Source of the DNA: Callorhinchus milii
Taxonomy: Eukaryota
Length of the DNA: 64,000 bases
Reading direction: 5' to 3'
Assembly (NCBI RefSeq): GCF_018977255.1
Contig: NW_024704743.1
Span: 95,048,001-95,112,000, forward strand
Shown: positions 13,001 to 25,410 of the stretch, piece after piece
How positions within the stretch are numbered: the first letter of the stretch is position 1
How the letters are laid out: each line of letters begins with the position of its first letter
Position numbers and translations under genes: made by a program
The notes under the pieces: model-generated
Databases searched by the model: none
Seen by the model: the letters and a program-made list of their open reading frames with translations, nothing else
Told to the model about the DNA's origin: nothing

Positions 13001-14961
13001 AGATGAGTACCAAGATGTGAGGCTTGAACCCAAATCTTCTGATTCAGTGGGCGAGAGTGCTATACATTGAGTCAGGCTGGCGCATTAAGCCAAATTAAGT
13101 CTGAATTTAAGGCATCCAAAACAATTTCACTCACAAAATATACAGTCACTCCACTTTAAGTCTCAACGATGTGATAAAGCGCGATATCAAATGCATTATT
13201 ATTATTAAAATTCAGCAATTTTTACATTTTAAGACACTGGGCCCCAGCCTTTATTCCCACCTAGACTTAACCTGTAAGATTATACAGTAATATCTTAAAA
13301 TTAAAGATTACGTAGAATTGTAGAAAATTGTTAAATTCAATCTTAATATGAAGCGAGCCCATATGAAAACCAGATCCTAAATTAAAACTGAATTTAAGAT
13401 GTTTTAACAATTCGGGGGAAATAAATTGTGAAGCAAAATAAGCTTACAAACTAAGACTGGGTGGAATTTAGGGCTTCTGTTTTTTTATCTCTGTGATAGT
13501 TATTACATGATTTAACAAATCGCGTAATTTTTTAATCTGTGGAAATGGCGCCACCTTGTGTCACCTTACTGGTATTAAACAGTGTGTTGTGAAATAAATG
13601 CCCCAAATAATGTGTAGTGGTATTCAGAACATCTTTCATATCAGGCAAACTTCACTACTGCTGGATTGACCACAGAAGGGTTATGCAAATAGAATGGATT
13701 ATATATGAACATAATGTGGTGGGGGAATATAGTAGACGGAGAACATCCTCCCAACGTGAAAGATGCTATTATGAATGTAAGTTGTTGTTGTTGTTGATTT
13801 GCACCTTTTAAAGGGGTGGCCTCTTGCAAATGCTCTATTTTTGATGGGTTTATCCCTTTCCTAAATTCCCATTTGAAAGAGGTTTAAAATGAGGGCAGAT
13901 AGGGGCAACGAGCAACGTCCTAGGTTTCATCCTGGGTCTGGTGCTGAATCAGATAATCATAGCCACTAAAGATATTGCAATGTGTGATAAAGTAAATGCA
14001 GTGTATAAAAAGGGGTGAAATCTGCATTATATTCTTAGGACTGAAAGTATATGAATGTCCCCGGGATGTCTTCCCGATGTGAAAGGTGCTATATAAATGT
14101 AATTTGTTGTTGTTTGTAGTACTGACCAATAATAATAAATTGGTCACTCAATCCACAATTGTTGTGCACAATTGGCTGCTGTGTTTCACCCACAAAATAT
14201 ATAGTCAATTCCCTTTACAGTATATTCTGTGAATATTTGAGACTTCTTGAAGACCCGATAAGGCGCTGTATCAAATGCGAGGATTATTATTACTCGACTG
14301 GGCTGGTCACTCATGAATGATGGATTGCAGGGGAGGTTAGGTAATGTTTAGGTTAAAATTGTATCTTACGCCCCTTCCTCCACAAGATTAAAAATGAATA
14401 CAAAATAACTTGCATTGATATAGCACCCTTGATGCAGGTCAATGTCTCTGAATTCTGTATAATGATGAGGTCAGACACTGAGCAAGGGCTAGAAGATAGG
14501 GAAGGGGATGCAGGACATAGTTTCTGAAGGTTCAGCCACTGATGGTAGGGCAGAGGGGGCAGGGACACACAAGCACATGTTAGCCAGGAAGAGGGGAGAG
14601 AGTAGAAGAGTGGTGAGCTGACGAGTGAGGTAGGAAAACATCACAGAGATTCAGAGGTGCCAAAGCTTGAAGGAAGGGATTTACAAGTGATGGTGAGGAT
14701 AATAATAATAATCCTTGCATTTGTTATAGTGCCTTATCACAACAATACCTTTTTTTGCATTTGGTAAGACGTTTGCATTTAGTATCACGTCATTGAAGAC
14801 GTCTCAAAGTGCTTCACAGAATATACCGTAAAGTGAATTGACTATAATTTGTGGGCGAAACGAGTATGTCCTGGAGATGTGAAATGCCAGAAACAATGTG
14901 GACTGTTTGAAAGTTGAAAGTGTGTGTGTGTGTGTAAGTAATGTTGTTTTTGATATTACAG

Positions 14962-15102
14962 GGGGCCTATAAATCATCTACTATCTGCTACAGCCCTGAG
15001 AAAGCAACTTGGACAGAACTGGAAGGGGAAGTTGCTGAGCCCCTCGCAGGCCCAGCCTGTGCAACAGTTATATTGCCAACCTGTGTGCCCTATAATAAAT
15101 GA
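14962..15102 (+). CDS. KLHL14: KLHL14 terminal coding exon (GAYKSSTICYSPEKATWTELEGEVAEPLAGPACATVILPTCVPYNK*)
   Basis: tacag| acceptor; 47 codons ending TGA 15100-15102; matches the recalled KLHL14 C-terminus (CVPYNK). Confidence 0.95.
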   Translation, partial: GAYKSSTICYSPEKATWTELEGEVAEPLAGPACATVILPTCVPYNK

Positions 15103-15389
15103 GACATTTACCAGTTCACAGCATCAATACAAAACACTGAGACAATTTATTTAAACATCAAGTGCAAAGTATTGAATTCTTACTCCCAAACATATTTAAT
15201 GTTTCAAATGTGCTTTTTTACTATGGTAATTTATGACTCTGAAAATGTAATGTAAATCTTTCTATCTTTCGGAAGAAAGGCATGTCCAAGTTAAAAACAA
15301 ATACCCTGATGTAGTAGAATATAACGGTATGTAAATTTTGTACAGGATAAGAAAGTGTAAATGAAGCTTGTCTGTTGAAAACATACTTA

Positions 15390-15395
15390 AATAAA
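15390..15395 (+). terminator. Candidate KLHL14 polyadenylation signal (AATAAA)
   Basis: AATAAA about 290 nt after the stop codon, followed by TG/T-rich sequence; another AATAAA near 15530. The site actually used is unknown. Confidence 0.35.
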
Positions 15396-18300
15396 AACTT
15401 TAAAAATGCTGTGTGCTTTTAACTTTATTTCAAACAGAATCATTGCTTGCCTGTACAAACCAAAACTTACGTGAACACTTTTTAACAACGTGAAAATGTA
15501 AATAAGCATCTGTATTTCTAAGGTCTAAAAATAAAAATAATAAGGTCAGCGACCTGGAATGTTTTCTCACTTTCCTCTCTCCATAGATATATATATAATA
15601 ATAATATATATAATAATAATCCTTCCATTTGATATAGCGCCTTATCACGTTGTTAAAATGGCTCAAAGCGCTTCACAGATCACACTGCAAAGTGGATTGA
15701 CTATGTATTTTAGGGATGAAAACCCTCTGGATTTAGCCTTAAAATCATTGTCTTTTAATAATAGTAGATATGATTGTGATAATTTTGTTCTATTTTTAGA
15801 ACAGTGGAAAACCAGCTTCAAAATTAAGACTGAATTTAATATTTTTTCTGAAATGTTGCATGAGAATACACCATGAGAAGGGAATAGAGGAGAATGGGAG
15901 GGATGCAGGCTTGTGTGGAGTATAAACACCAGTGAGGACTAGGAAACAGTCCTGGCTCAGGAAACAGACTACCAAGATTGCACTAGAGGCCTGGCTCAAT
16001 TCTGACATTCCATTGCCAGGCATGTCACCTTGGAGCCAATTCAGCTCCAAGGAGATCCCAAGGAAAAAATATTGTGATAGTTATGGCTGACATGTTATTT
16101 TGCTGCCTGTTTGTTGGTGATGAGGGGGCTCTGCAGTGTCCTTTCTTCCTTGCATTTTGATATAGTGCCTTATCATGTCTTCGAGACGTCTCAAAGTGCT
16201 TCACAGAATATACCATAAAGTGAATTGACTGTATATTTTGTGGGCTAAATGTAGCAGCCAATTGTGCACAGCCGTGATCCCACAAACAGTCGTGGATTGA
16301 GTGACCAAATTATATTTATTTTTTGAAAGGAAAATTAACCCCCAGAAAAGCGATTTGTCAATCGACTCAATATTCAACTGCAATCTCACTCACTTGCCTA
16401 CAACCTCAGCTCTGTTCGGGCCACATTGCTCACCACCTCCTCTTACATCTAATCTCCTGTGCCTCCCCGCTCTGTGCTTTGATACCCTCTTGCCTGCTGC
16501 ATTTCCCTCACCACCACCACCTCTGTGATTTATGGTCCAAACTCCCTGAACTTTGATTCTTCTGACCTGTTTTACATCCCCACATGGGCATTAGTGCAGC
16601 AGAATTTTGCTGGTGTTTCTGAGTGGGATTATTTTTATATCCTACATCCAAAATACACAGTAAATTAGGCGTGAGGTATTAAAACCATTTTGAAACCTAT
16701 AAGATAGATTGCTTTTTTAAAAAAGATTTTTTAATTACCCAAATGCCTCTGTTTTTTGGGAGGGAGGGTCACAGCACGTGACAGTTCTGACATATTTTAC
16801 CATAATATTCAATAAAATGTCAATCCCACTGCCTCGTGTATTAATGTCTGCTACCATGCAAAACCTAAAATTGGCAACTTCACATTGCTGCATTAAACTT
16901 GACTCTTAAACACCCCTGGGAACATGGCAAATATCCCATTCTGTTCCATGTGGTAGATTATGGGATGGGGAGAGGGAGTTTCTGTGGATGCTGCCATCAT
17001 TCAGAAAGTTTTGGAACAGAGTGAAGAAATGGGAGAAAATGTGACAGCTGATACAGATGGTCAAGAGCTAAACATCACCAATGGAATATTTTCACTCGAA
17101 TCCAATTCAGAATGTAATGTAATCTATTTTCTAGTAGCAGTCATTTTAATCATCAAATCCAAGCTTTCCTTTCAAATACACTGTCACCACGATTTACACT
17201 TCAAGTGTGAAGCGCTTCGAAATGTTCTGTCAATGTATAAACGAGTTATCACTATTGGTAGCTCTCATTGGCATTCCTGTAATATTTGCAGCTTACTTTT
17301 ATATGATTTTATATTTTAGTTTAGTGCAATGGGAGCTATCAGGTGTGGTAACTTGCTTATCGTCCACCAGGGAATTTTTGCAGGAAACTGCTTTTTACAA
17401 ACTTACATTAATAACTTGAAGGTGGACAATGGAGGGAGTTGTGGCCAAGTTTGCTGGTAATACAAAATCATGTGGCTTGGTAAATTGATTATGTAGGATT
17501 TCAGCAAGATGTACACAATCACCTCCCATTTCAAGCGTTTAATTAAAATCACTTTAGGCATACAATTCATGTTGTTTATAACAAGTAGCGAAGTGACTGG
17601 CCAAGTGAAGGTAGTTTTAATACTCACAAATGTAAGGCAATGCCTGTCGGGAAAGACTAGAGAGTGGAAATAGCCTGAAAGGTAAAACACTCACTCAATC
17701 GAATGAGGAGCAGATGGTTCTAGGAGTCCAATAAATCACTACAAGTGGAAGGCAGGTACAAAAAGCTATCAAAAAGACAAATGAGGTTCTGGGATTTCTA
17801 AACAGGTTAGTGAATATAGAATAGTTGTGTTAGAATTCAAGAACAAGAACAACTTACATTTATATAACGCTCTTCATCCAGGGTAGCATCTCAGAATGCT
17901 GAACAATGGCATAGTTTGACCCCATGCCAGGGTTACTTTAGGGGCGGTTAAAGAGATAAATCTTCAGGTACGAGCTGAAAAGGTAAAAAGGGGACAAGGC
18001 GGAGGGATTGAGGCAGGGGTTTCCTAAGGTTTGGAGGCAGAGGGTATGGTCATCAACAACAACAACAACAACAAGATTCCATTTATAGAGCGCCTTTCAC
18101 GTCGGGAGGACTCAACAGTACAGTGAGGTGGAGAGAGGCACAGAAGGCCTGAGCCGGCTGAGTGAAGGGGTGTGTAGAGAGGGGTGGAGTAGGTTGGAGA
18201 AATAGGGAGGTGCTATGGTATGAAGTAATTTATCGGTGAGTTTGAAGATCATAAAATTGATCCATTTTTCAGCAAGGAGTCAATACAGCTTGACAAGGAT

Positions 18301-20849
18301 TGGTGTAATGGGGCTGCTGAGTTCAGTATTGTTGAGTTCCGAATCATTTGCAATTTGTAAATAGTGGCGCTGGGGTTACCAGGGAGAATTGGAGAAATTG
18401 CACTCGAGAAATCGAGGAAGGAGGTGACAAAAGTGTGAATAAGGGCTTCATATATAGAACATTAGTTCAGCCACAGTAAGTGGATTTTGTGTTCAGCTTT
18501 GGGAAGAATATCATAAGGTGTCTATTTTTAATTAGTGACACTTTTGATTCAATCTATAATTATTTACGGATAGAACAAGTCACTGCTTGATTCTTTATCT
18601 TGACTTCACACTGAGGGTTAATTTTCTATCCCTTCTGCCATTGAGGTATGATGAACTCTGTTGCTACTCTGTGCTCAGCCAGCAGAAAGTGGAGCGTCAT
18701 GCATGGCACAAGCCTACAGCCTTTTTCTGTGTTGTGCTCTCTGTGTTCTAAAACTGGTTCTTTCCAGCATGAAAAAAATGCACGAGACTGTTGTTAGGCT
18801 GCATGCCAGATCCTGAAACTGGCACTTATCCGAATCTTCCAGTCGTCCTCATGAAATGTAGTTAAGTGTCTCATGCTGCCTTTTTACCTCAGCACCAACA
18901 GCGCTTTAGTAATGAAGTAAGCGGGGAGCCGTGATTACACTGCCTACTCTCCCCCACCCACCATTATTGTGGAGTGGAGGCAGAGCTTCATGTTCATGCA
19001 CCCAAACACGTAAATGGAGAGCTCACTCAGTTCAGTTTCTTCTGCCTGACTGAGACAAGCCGCTTTCTTGGACTCGCTCTTTCTTCCTCCAATGCCAGTC
19101 CACAAAGGAAGCTTTATCCTGCTTTTTTGGCAGAGATGCATTGAGAATTGTCAGTATGGCACCATTGCCAAAGGTGCAATGTGGAGGCAGTATCCGTGCG
19201 TGATGTTTATTTATGTTTTGATTGTTCAGCACTCTGAGTACTATCAATCCAGCAGATGTAAGTCATCTTTCACACACTATCAACTCCTTGTACAAGATCA
19301 TCATTTGGATAATAAACTCTTCTAAATTTGATTCTGTTGCAGTATGAGTGATTAAATGAACAATTGGACAAATATGACAAATTATCCTTTTTGTCAGTGT
19401 AGAGAAATCTTGTTCTAAGCATAATCCTGATCTGAATATACAATACACTTGCATTTATTGCTGTGTCCTATGTCAAATAACTCAAAGATCTTTGTCATGA
19501 TTTACTTTGAAGTGTAGTGACTTTAATGAGACAAACATGATAGCTAATCTATGTCAGCAACGTTCCAGAAACAGCAATGAGGAAGGAATAATTCTTTAAT
19601 GAATTTTAACAAGGGCCAATAATTTTAAGAATTTTAATATTGGCCAAGTAATCAAGAGAATAATATTATATGATCTTTAACAGCAAGCTTAAACATCCTT
19701 CAGATGAGATGTTAAATCGAGATCTTGCCTGTCTATTCAGTTAGATGTTAAAGATTCCCAGACACTATTCGTAAAGAGAAGGGAGTTTCTCCCCATACCC
19801 TTAGCCACAGTTCCCCAAATAAAATTGGTCATTTGCTTCATGGCTATTTGTGGGACACCCAGTGCACAAATTGGCTGCCCTCTTTGACTGAAAATACACA
19901 CTTTATAGTAAATGCTATGAAACACTTTGGCAACATAAGGCACTGCAGAAAATGCAAACATATTATAGTCTGAGCTAAAAGGACAAAAGGACCTCAATTT
20001 AATCTTTTAGTTTTTCCTCAGTAGTGCACTGAAGATCATGAGGTGATTGAAAATGAGAACGTATCTAAAGTTACAAAATTTTAGTGAACAATTAATGGTT
20101 TATTTCTGGACTATATGTTTTTTTGAATCTGTGATTTGTGTCAGGTTCTACAAAACTATGGTTTTATTCGACAAAATGCTTCTTATATTGGGCAAACAGA
20201 ATAAAGTCTTGTCACCAAATAAACCATCAGTGATTTCATGTTCAAGCCTCACAGATTATTATTATTATTATTATTAAATGCCTTTCTGTAACCAACCAAC
20301 CACCAAACTTCTCAGAAAAAACATGAGGTGAATCCCTCCATCACATTCATCCTAGCTCTGCCCAGGGGGTTTGCATATATTGCCAGTATATCTGCCTATA
20401 TTTCTCTGGCAAGATGAGATGTTCCCCACACCAACATAAGGAATGTGTCTCACTACTCGGTGTGTTTGTCCAATGCAGCATTTTGTCAGATCATCGATTA
20501 GCTGTTTTTGTTAGCCACCAGGTTCAGCTGCTTTGCCTGTGTTCCAAACTTTAGTCCATTGATCTGCATCCGAGGTTTATTATTTTTCTTTTGACACAGA
20601 CAGCTTTAGACTCCGGGATAGTGATTTTATTATCATAATTAGACAAACTTTTCACCCTGCAATTTGCTGAGCGCACAGTAGACGGTCGTCCTTTATGATC
20701 CGGAACGGTTGGTTGCCCAGTGGTACAATCAATTAGCTTTGTTACTACCCGGGTTATTTCTGCACACATGTTGCTATTGATTTCCTTGTGTATTTCTGTG
20801 CAGCTGAACCTCTGGTGCTTTTTAAAGGAGGTGAATAAACACATACAAC

Positions 20850-21520
20850 CAAATCGATCAGGATTCGAGGCGCGTTGTTTATCTGTCGTCATGGCGACGG
20901 GTAAACACATACCCCTCCAACCAATGGGGTTGTTACAAAGGTGCTCAATTGTGATGTCAGAGGCTGCCTGTGATTGGCGGGGAGGCAGCCGCAGGGCAGC
21001 GCGCCGCCGACTCCATTACCACAGGGATGGGCAACGTCACAATGTGGACCATAGCCCCGTGGGTCCAACTTCAGGCACGAGTAATGCGGCCCGCGGGCCG
21101 CACGATGGCCATTCCCCTGCTTTTGAACGACCCGTCGCGGTCGCTGCTGCGCGTGCGCCAATCGCAGGCCCGGCGACGGAGCGACTGACTCACCGGTCCG
21201 TCACCGGCCCCGCCCCCTCCCCATAGCAACGGACCCTCGTCCCGCCCCCGTCCGCATAACAACGGCCCCACCGGCCCGTCCCCCTGGTACACACATAGCA
21301 ACGCAGCCCCACACCCCCGCGCAAGGCAGCAGATGAGAAGCTTCACCATTGAGGAATTGAAGAATGGTCATCGATGAAGACTGGAGGCTCCACTGAGGAC
21401 TCGCCATCCAGCAACTGACGCTCAGCATTGAGGAGCTGAGGGCCAGCCATTCAGCAGCCGAGCCGAGGCGAGGCGAGGCTCCCCGGTTAGGGTTGGCCGG
21501 TTAATAACCGAGAAGCAGTG
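20850..21520 (+). promoter_or_regulatory. CpG-island promoter of the Rab gene
   Basis: Abrupt GC/CpG-rich block in an AT-rich background, 0.5-1.1 kb upstream of ATG 21993; CCAAT boxes, GC boxes (ccccgccc) and X-box-like motifs. Confidence 0.8.
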
Positions 21521-21992
21521 ACGGCTGAGCTGAAGCCTTCACTGATGAACTGAGAACTGGCCATTGACAAATTATGAAGTGACCATTGAGAAACTGACCA
21601 TCGTGTCTGTCCTGTTCATTGAAGCTCATCCAGATCCTGTGAGGACTCAGAACTACCATTGGGGCTTATTCCTTCATGACCATTGATGACTCATAACACT
21701 CCACTGAGATGACTCTGTCCTGTCCTGACTGAGTGCTCACAACCCGACCGCCCACTGATGTCAAGTGTTGCCCATTGATGAGCAGCCAACTCTGCTGAGC
21801 TCAGCCTTAGTCAATGATGAACTGCAACTAAAACGTTACCTGTCAAGAAAGGGACCGAAGACGGTTTGCAGAGGTTGGCCCTGTTACAAGCAGTTGCGAG
21901 GAGCTGCCCTCCCTCCCCAGTCAGGAAGCTAGAAATATTCATGTGGATTTGGACGAAAGACGGTTTAGGCTGTAGCTTTCCTGGCACTGAGA

Positions 21993-22125
21993 ATGGATAT
22001 TGTGAACTTATCTGGTGATATTCTTTTAAAGATCGTGCTAGTTGGGGATTCCAGTGTAGGAAAGACTGCCATATTAGAGAGATTGACAGAGGACACTTTC
22101 CATTCTTCCATTTTATCTACAATAG
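21993..22125 (+). CDS. Divergent RAB10-like small GTPase, coding exon 1 (MDIVNLSGDILLKIVLVGDSSVGKTAILERLTEDTFHSSILSTIG)
   Basis: ATG 21993 with in-frame TAG at 21966; P-loop GDSSVGKT; switch I STIG; donor is AG|GCAAGT (GC type). Confidence 0.88.
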
Positions 22126-23342
22126 GCAAGTACTGTCAGGGAATTTTGTAAGGGTTGATTTCCTTGATGATAAACTTTCCACACACCAAAAGTATGGCTT
22201 CATGTAAGACACATACATATTAAATACGGTTTTATCCTGTATTTTCCTTCCTCCCAAAATACTGTCTTGACAGTGGAACAGTGTATCTGCTAATAATTAA
22301 CAATGTAATTAATCCTTAAATGGGTTCCAGTATATTTTAGCAATTCCTTATAAAAACAGGCTTTCAGTTGCTTTAACTATAGGTTTTAGGCCATTACACC
22401 ACCAAGCGTTCTTCCTCTTGAAATCTTCCAACAATTGTTTGCCTACTATAATAATATTCCTTGCATTTGATATAGCACTTTTCACGTCTTCTCGACGTCT
22501 CAAAGTGCTTCACAGAATAGACTGTAAAGTGAATTGACTGTATATCTGGGGGCGGCAGCCAATTGTGCACCGCAATGTCTCACAAACAATCGTGGTTTGA
22601 AGTGACCAATTTATTACAATTATTACTACGGTTACAGTTCCTTTTTGGTTCATCCTGTACACATCCACTATCTCAACTTCAGCAGTATATGTGTAATTTT
22701 CCCAGCTGGAATGTATTCCATGATCATTCAAAGGAACTGATCTGTAGCCATAATGGCATGTAAATTCTGCCTATTGTGATCATGTAGTAACATGTTTTTT
22801 GCTGCAAATGGGATTTTCCTCATTACTTTAGTATTGATCATCCTGACTTCCCAGTTTTTATCTATCCTAAAATATTGAGTCTCTTTTGATGCTTTTGTTC
22901 GGAACTAGATTTTAGCACAATATTAACCTGTTGACTGGATGATAGATTTATACACTTATTTCCTCTCTTCCTCCAGCAGTTTTCATAATGGTAGACAATA
23001 CCATTGTACTGTTTATCAGAGACCATTTCTCAGATAAGCATGAATTGATTTGCATTGGTGATGTTTATACTGCTGCTGATATCATATTTCAATGTGGTGA
23101 CATAAAATCGCAGTAAAACAATCAGTATGAAAAACTTATTGTGTTATTTTCAGATACAGAAATGTACAGATACAGAAATGTATAAAGCCAGAACTGCTAT
23201 TTAACGACTCTTTTTTTATTGAAACAAGAATATAAAAAATAGTTTATATCAACAAGAAGTGGATGAGTACGTGAACAAAATAGGCTGAATGGCCTTTACT
23301 CATTTGTGTATTCTTAACATTTACCATGTCTTATGTTTTACT

Positions 23343-23785
23343 ATAATAATATAACAATCCTTGCATGTTTTTATATAAACTCTATATTTTATATAATTAT
23401 ATATTTTAAAAAAATTAAAATTATATTTAAAAGAATTGTAGAAATATAAACATTGTTGGGACGTCTAAAAGCATTTCACAGAATATTCTTTGAACTGTAG
23501 TGATTCTGTGTCTTGTGGGCGAAATGGGGCAGCCAATTGCGCATAGCAGTGTTCCACAAACGGTTGTGGATTGAGTGACTGAATTATTATTATTATTTTG
23601 GAGGGAATATTACCCCCGGAAAGCGATCCACCAATCAACTAACAAGTGGATTCCTGCTTATTGCTAGGTAAACAGAGGTGTATGTGTGGAGTAAGGAAAC
23701 TTGACTAAGATTTTGTCCCACCTGAGAATCAACCCGGGTCCTCTCACTTGCAAGACAAGCGCACTAACCATCTTGAAACAGGACT
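23343..23785 (-). mobile_element. tRNA-derived SINE, long variant, with an AT-rich insertion in its tail
   Basis: Same body as 9333-9709; low-complexity AT block about 23370-23450. Confidence 0.8.
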
Positions 23786-24694
23786 ACGCTTTAGGAAACC
23801 AACAGCTGATTAAATCAAGTGTTTTGAAATCTTAAGATGCTGTGTTTCAGCATGAATTATTCATTATTATCCTCCAACTACTTACAAGCAATTTATTGGA
23901 AAGACAATATTAAAGATATAACATAATCAATCATTATGTCTTTTCTAGTGTAACATTGGCTCCATATATGGTCTAACAATTTGAATCACTGTTAACACTA
24001 TTCTCTGCTTTCTTTTCTTAATATGAGTCCTATCTGTCTTCAATACATCTTCTGAGCAATTAAAGCTTGTCTATCTCCGAACCAGCCTACAATATACGAG
24101 AATACAGTGATATACGAATAAATCCAATAGTGCTATCTCACCTCTTCTCTCCAGCATAGCCACTGTGATACACTCATTCTACCAAGAGCCCACATTAAGA
24201 ATTGTTATGAAACTGCAATAAGTGAAGGGATTGCAATGAATAAGACGTATTCCCGACAGTAAATTATCACAATAATCCATACATTTAATATAGCACCTTA
24301 TCCTGTCGTTAAGACGTCTAAAAGCACTTCACAGGATATACTGTAAAATGGAGTGTCTGTGTATTTTGTAGGCAAATTATTCTTTTCCACATGTGATTTT
24401 TCTGTAGATTAATATATCTTTGTAATAAATTATCAATCTTGCATGTTAAAGTCCTCTTTAGTATTCTACAAAATGCACTCTATATTTACATCCTTAACGT
24501 CAATAAATTGTCGCAAGTAGTTTGCCATGCATCGCTTTCATTTCCTGAAGTTCTTCTGAGTTTGATCAGTATTACCATCGGATTAATGTCTGCTGACTAG
24601 GCCAATTCAATCACTGCATTGGAAAATACTGAAATGGACAAATGCAGTGATTGGAGGAGTGGCAGTGGAGGAGGATGGCCTGGTTGATACAGTC

Positions 24695-25410
24695 TCCTCC
24701 ACCACCTCTCCTCCCTCATCTACCTTAGTGGGACCACATTTGCATGGTATTTGAGTCCTACCTAACCAACTGCCTCCATTTCATCTCAGCAAACGGTTTC
24801 TCCTCCTGCTCCTGTCTGGTCACTTGCTGGTTACCCCAGGGCTCCATCCCTCTTCTGCTCCTTATCTATATGCTCCCTCTGGGTGATGTCATCCGCAGAC
24901 AAGAGATAAACGTCCACATGTATGTGGATGACGCACAAGTCTACTTTACCTCCTCCAGTACCAACTCCAGGTCCACCGATGTTCTAACAGCTTGTCTGGT
25001 AGACATCAAGGCCTGGATGAGTGTAAACTTCCTGCAGCTGCATATGGACAAGACGGAAGCCTTGGCTCCTGTCAACATCTTCACTCTTGTGGATCTAAAC
25101 TCCTCAACCTCTCTGGGCTCACCCTCAGACTCACCAAACCAGTGCTCAATCTAGATATCCGTTTGGACCCCCAGCTATCCTTCCTCTCCCACATCCGGTC
25201 CCTGACCAGGACGGCCTTCTTCCACTACGCCCCAAAACTCTGGAACACTCCCTCGATCCCTCCGCCTTGCCCCTTCTTTCCCCTTTTCCTTTCCCGCCTG
25301 AAAACTTCCCTCTTCAACCGTGCTTACAGTCAGGCTCCGCCACTGTTAAGCGCTCTGAGATGCTACCCTGTGTGGAGCCTGCTATGTAAGTGCAAGTTGT
25401 TGTTGTTGGA
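24695..25410 (+). mobile_element. Degenerate L2 LINE fragment (RT C-terminal part plus tail, internally deleted)
   Basis: PQGS, YVDDAQVY, WMSVNFLQL peptides; tail ...aagtgcaagttgttgttg. Confidence 0.85.

Noticed and set aside
18888..18905. REST/RE1-like motif ctcagcaccaacagcgct
   Set aside because: The half-sites are compressed by 3 nt and the GG of the right half is missing.
20551..21428. ORFs of 70-170 aa across the Rab CpG island
   Set aside because: Low-complexity Arg/Ala/Pro translations typical of GC-rich DNA; no recognisable domain or splice structure.
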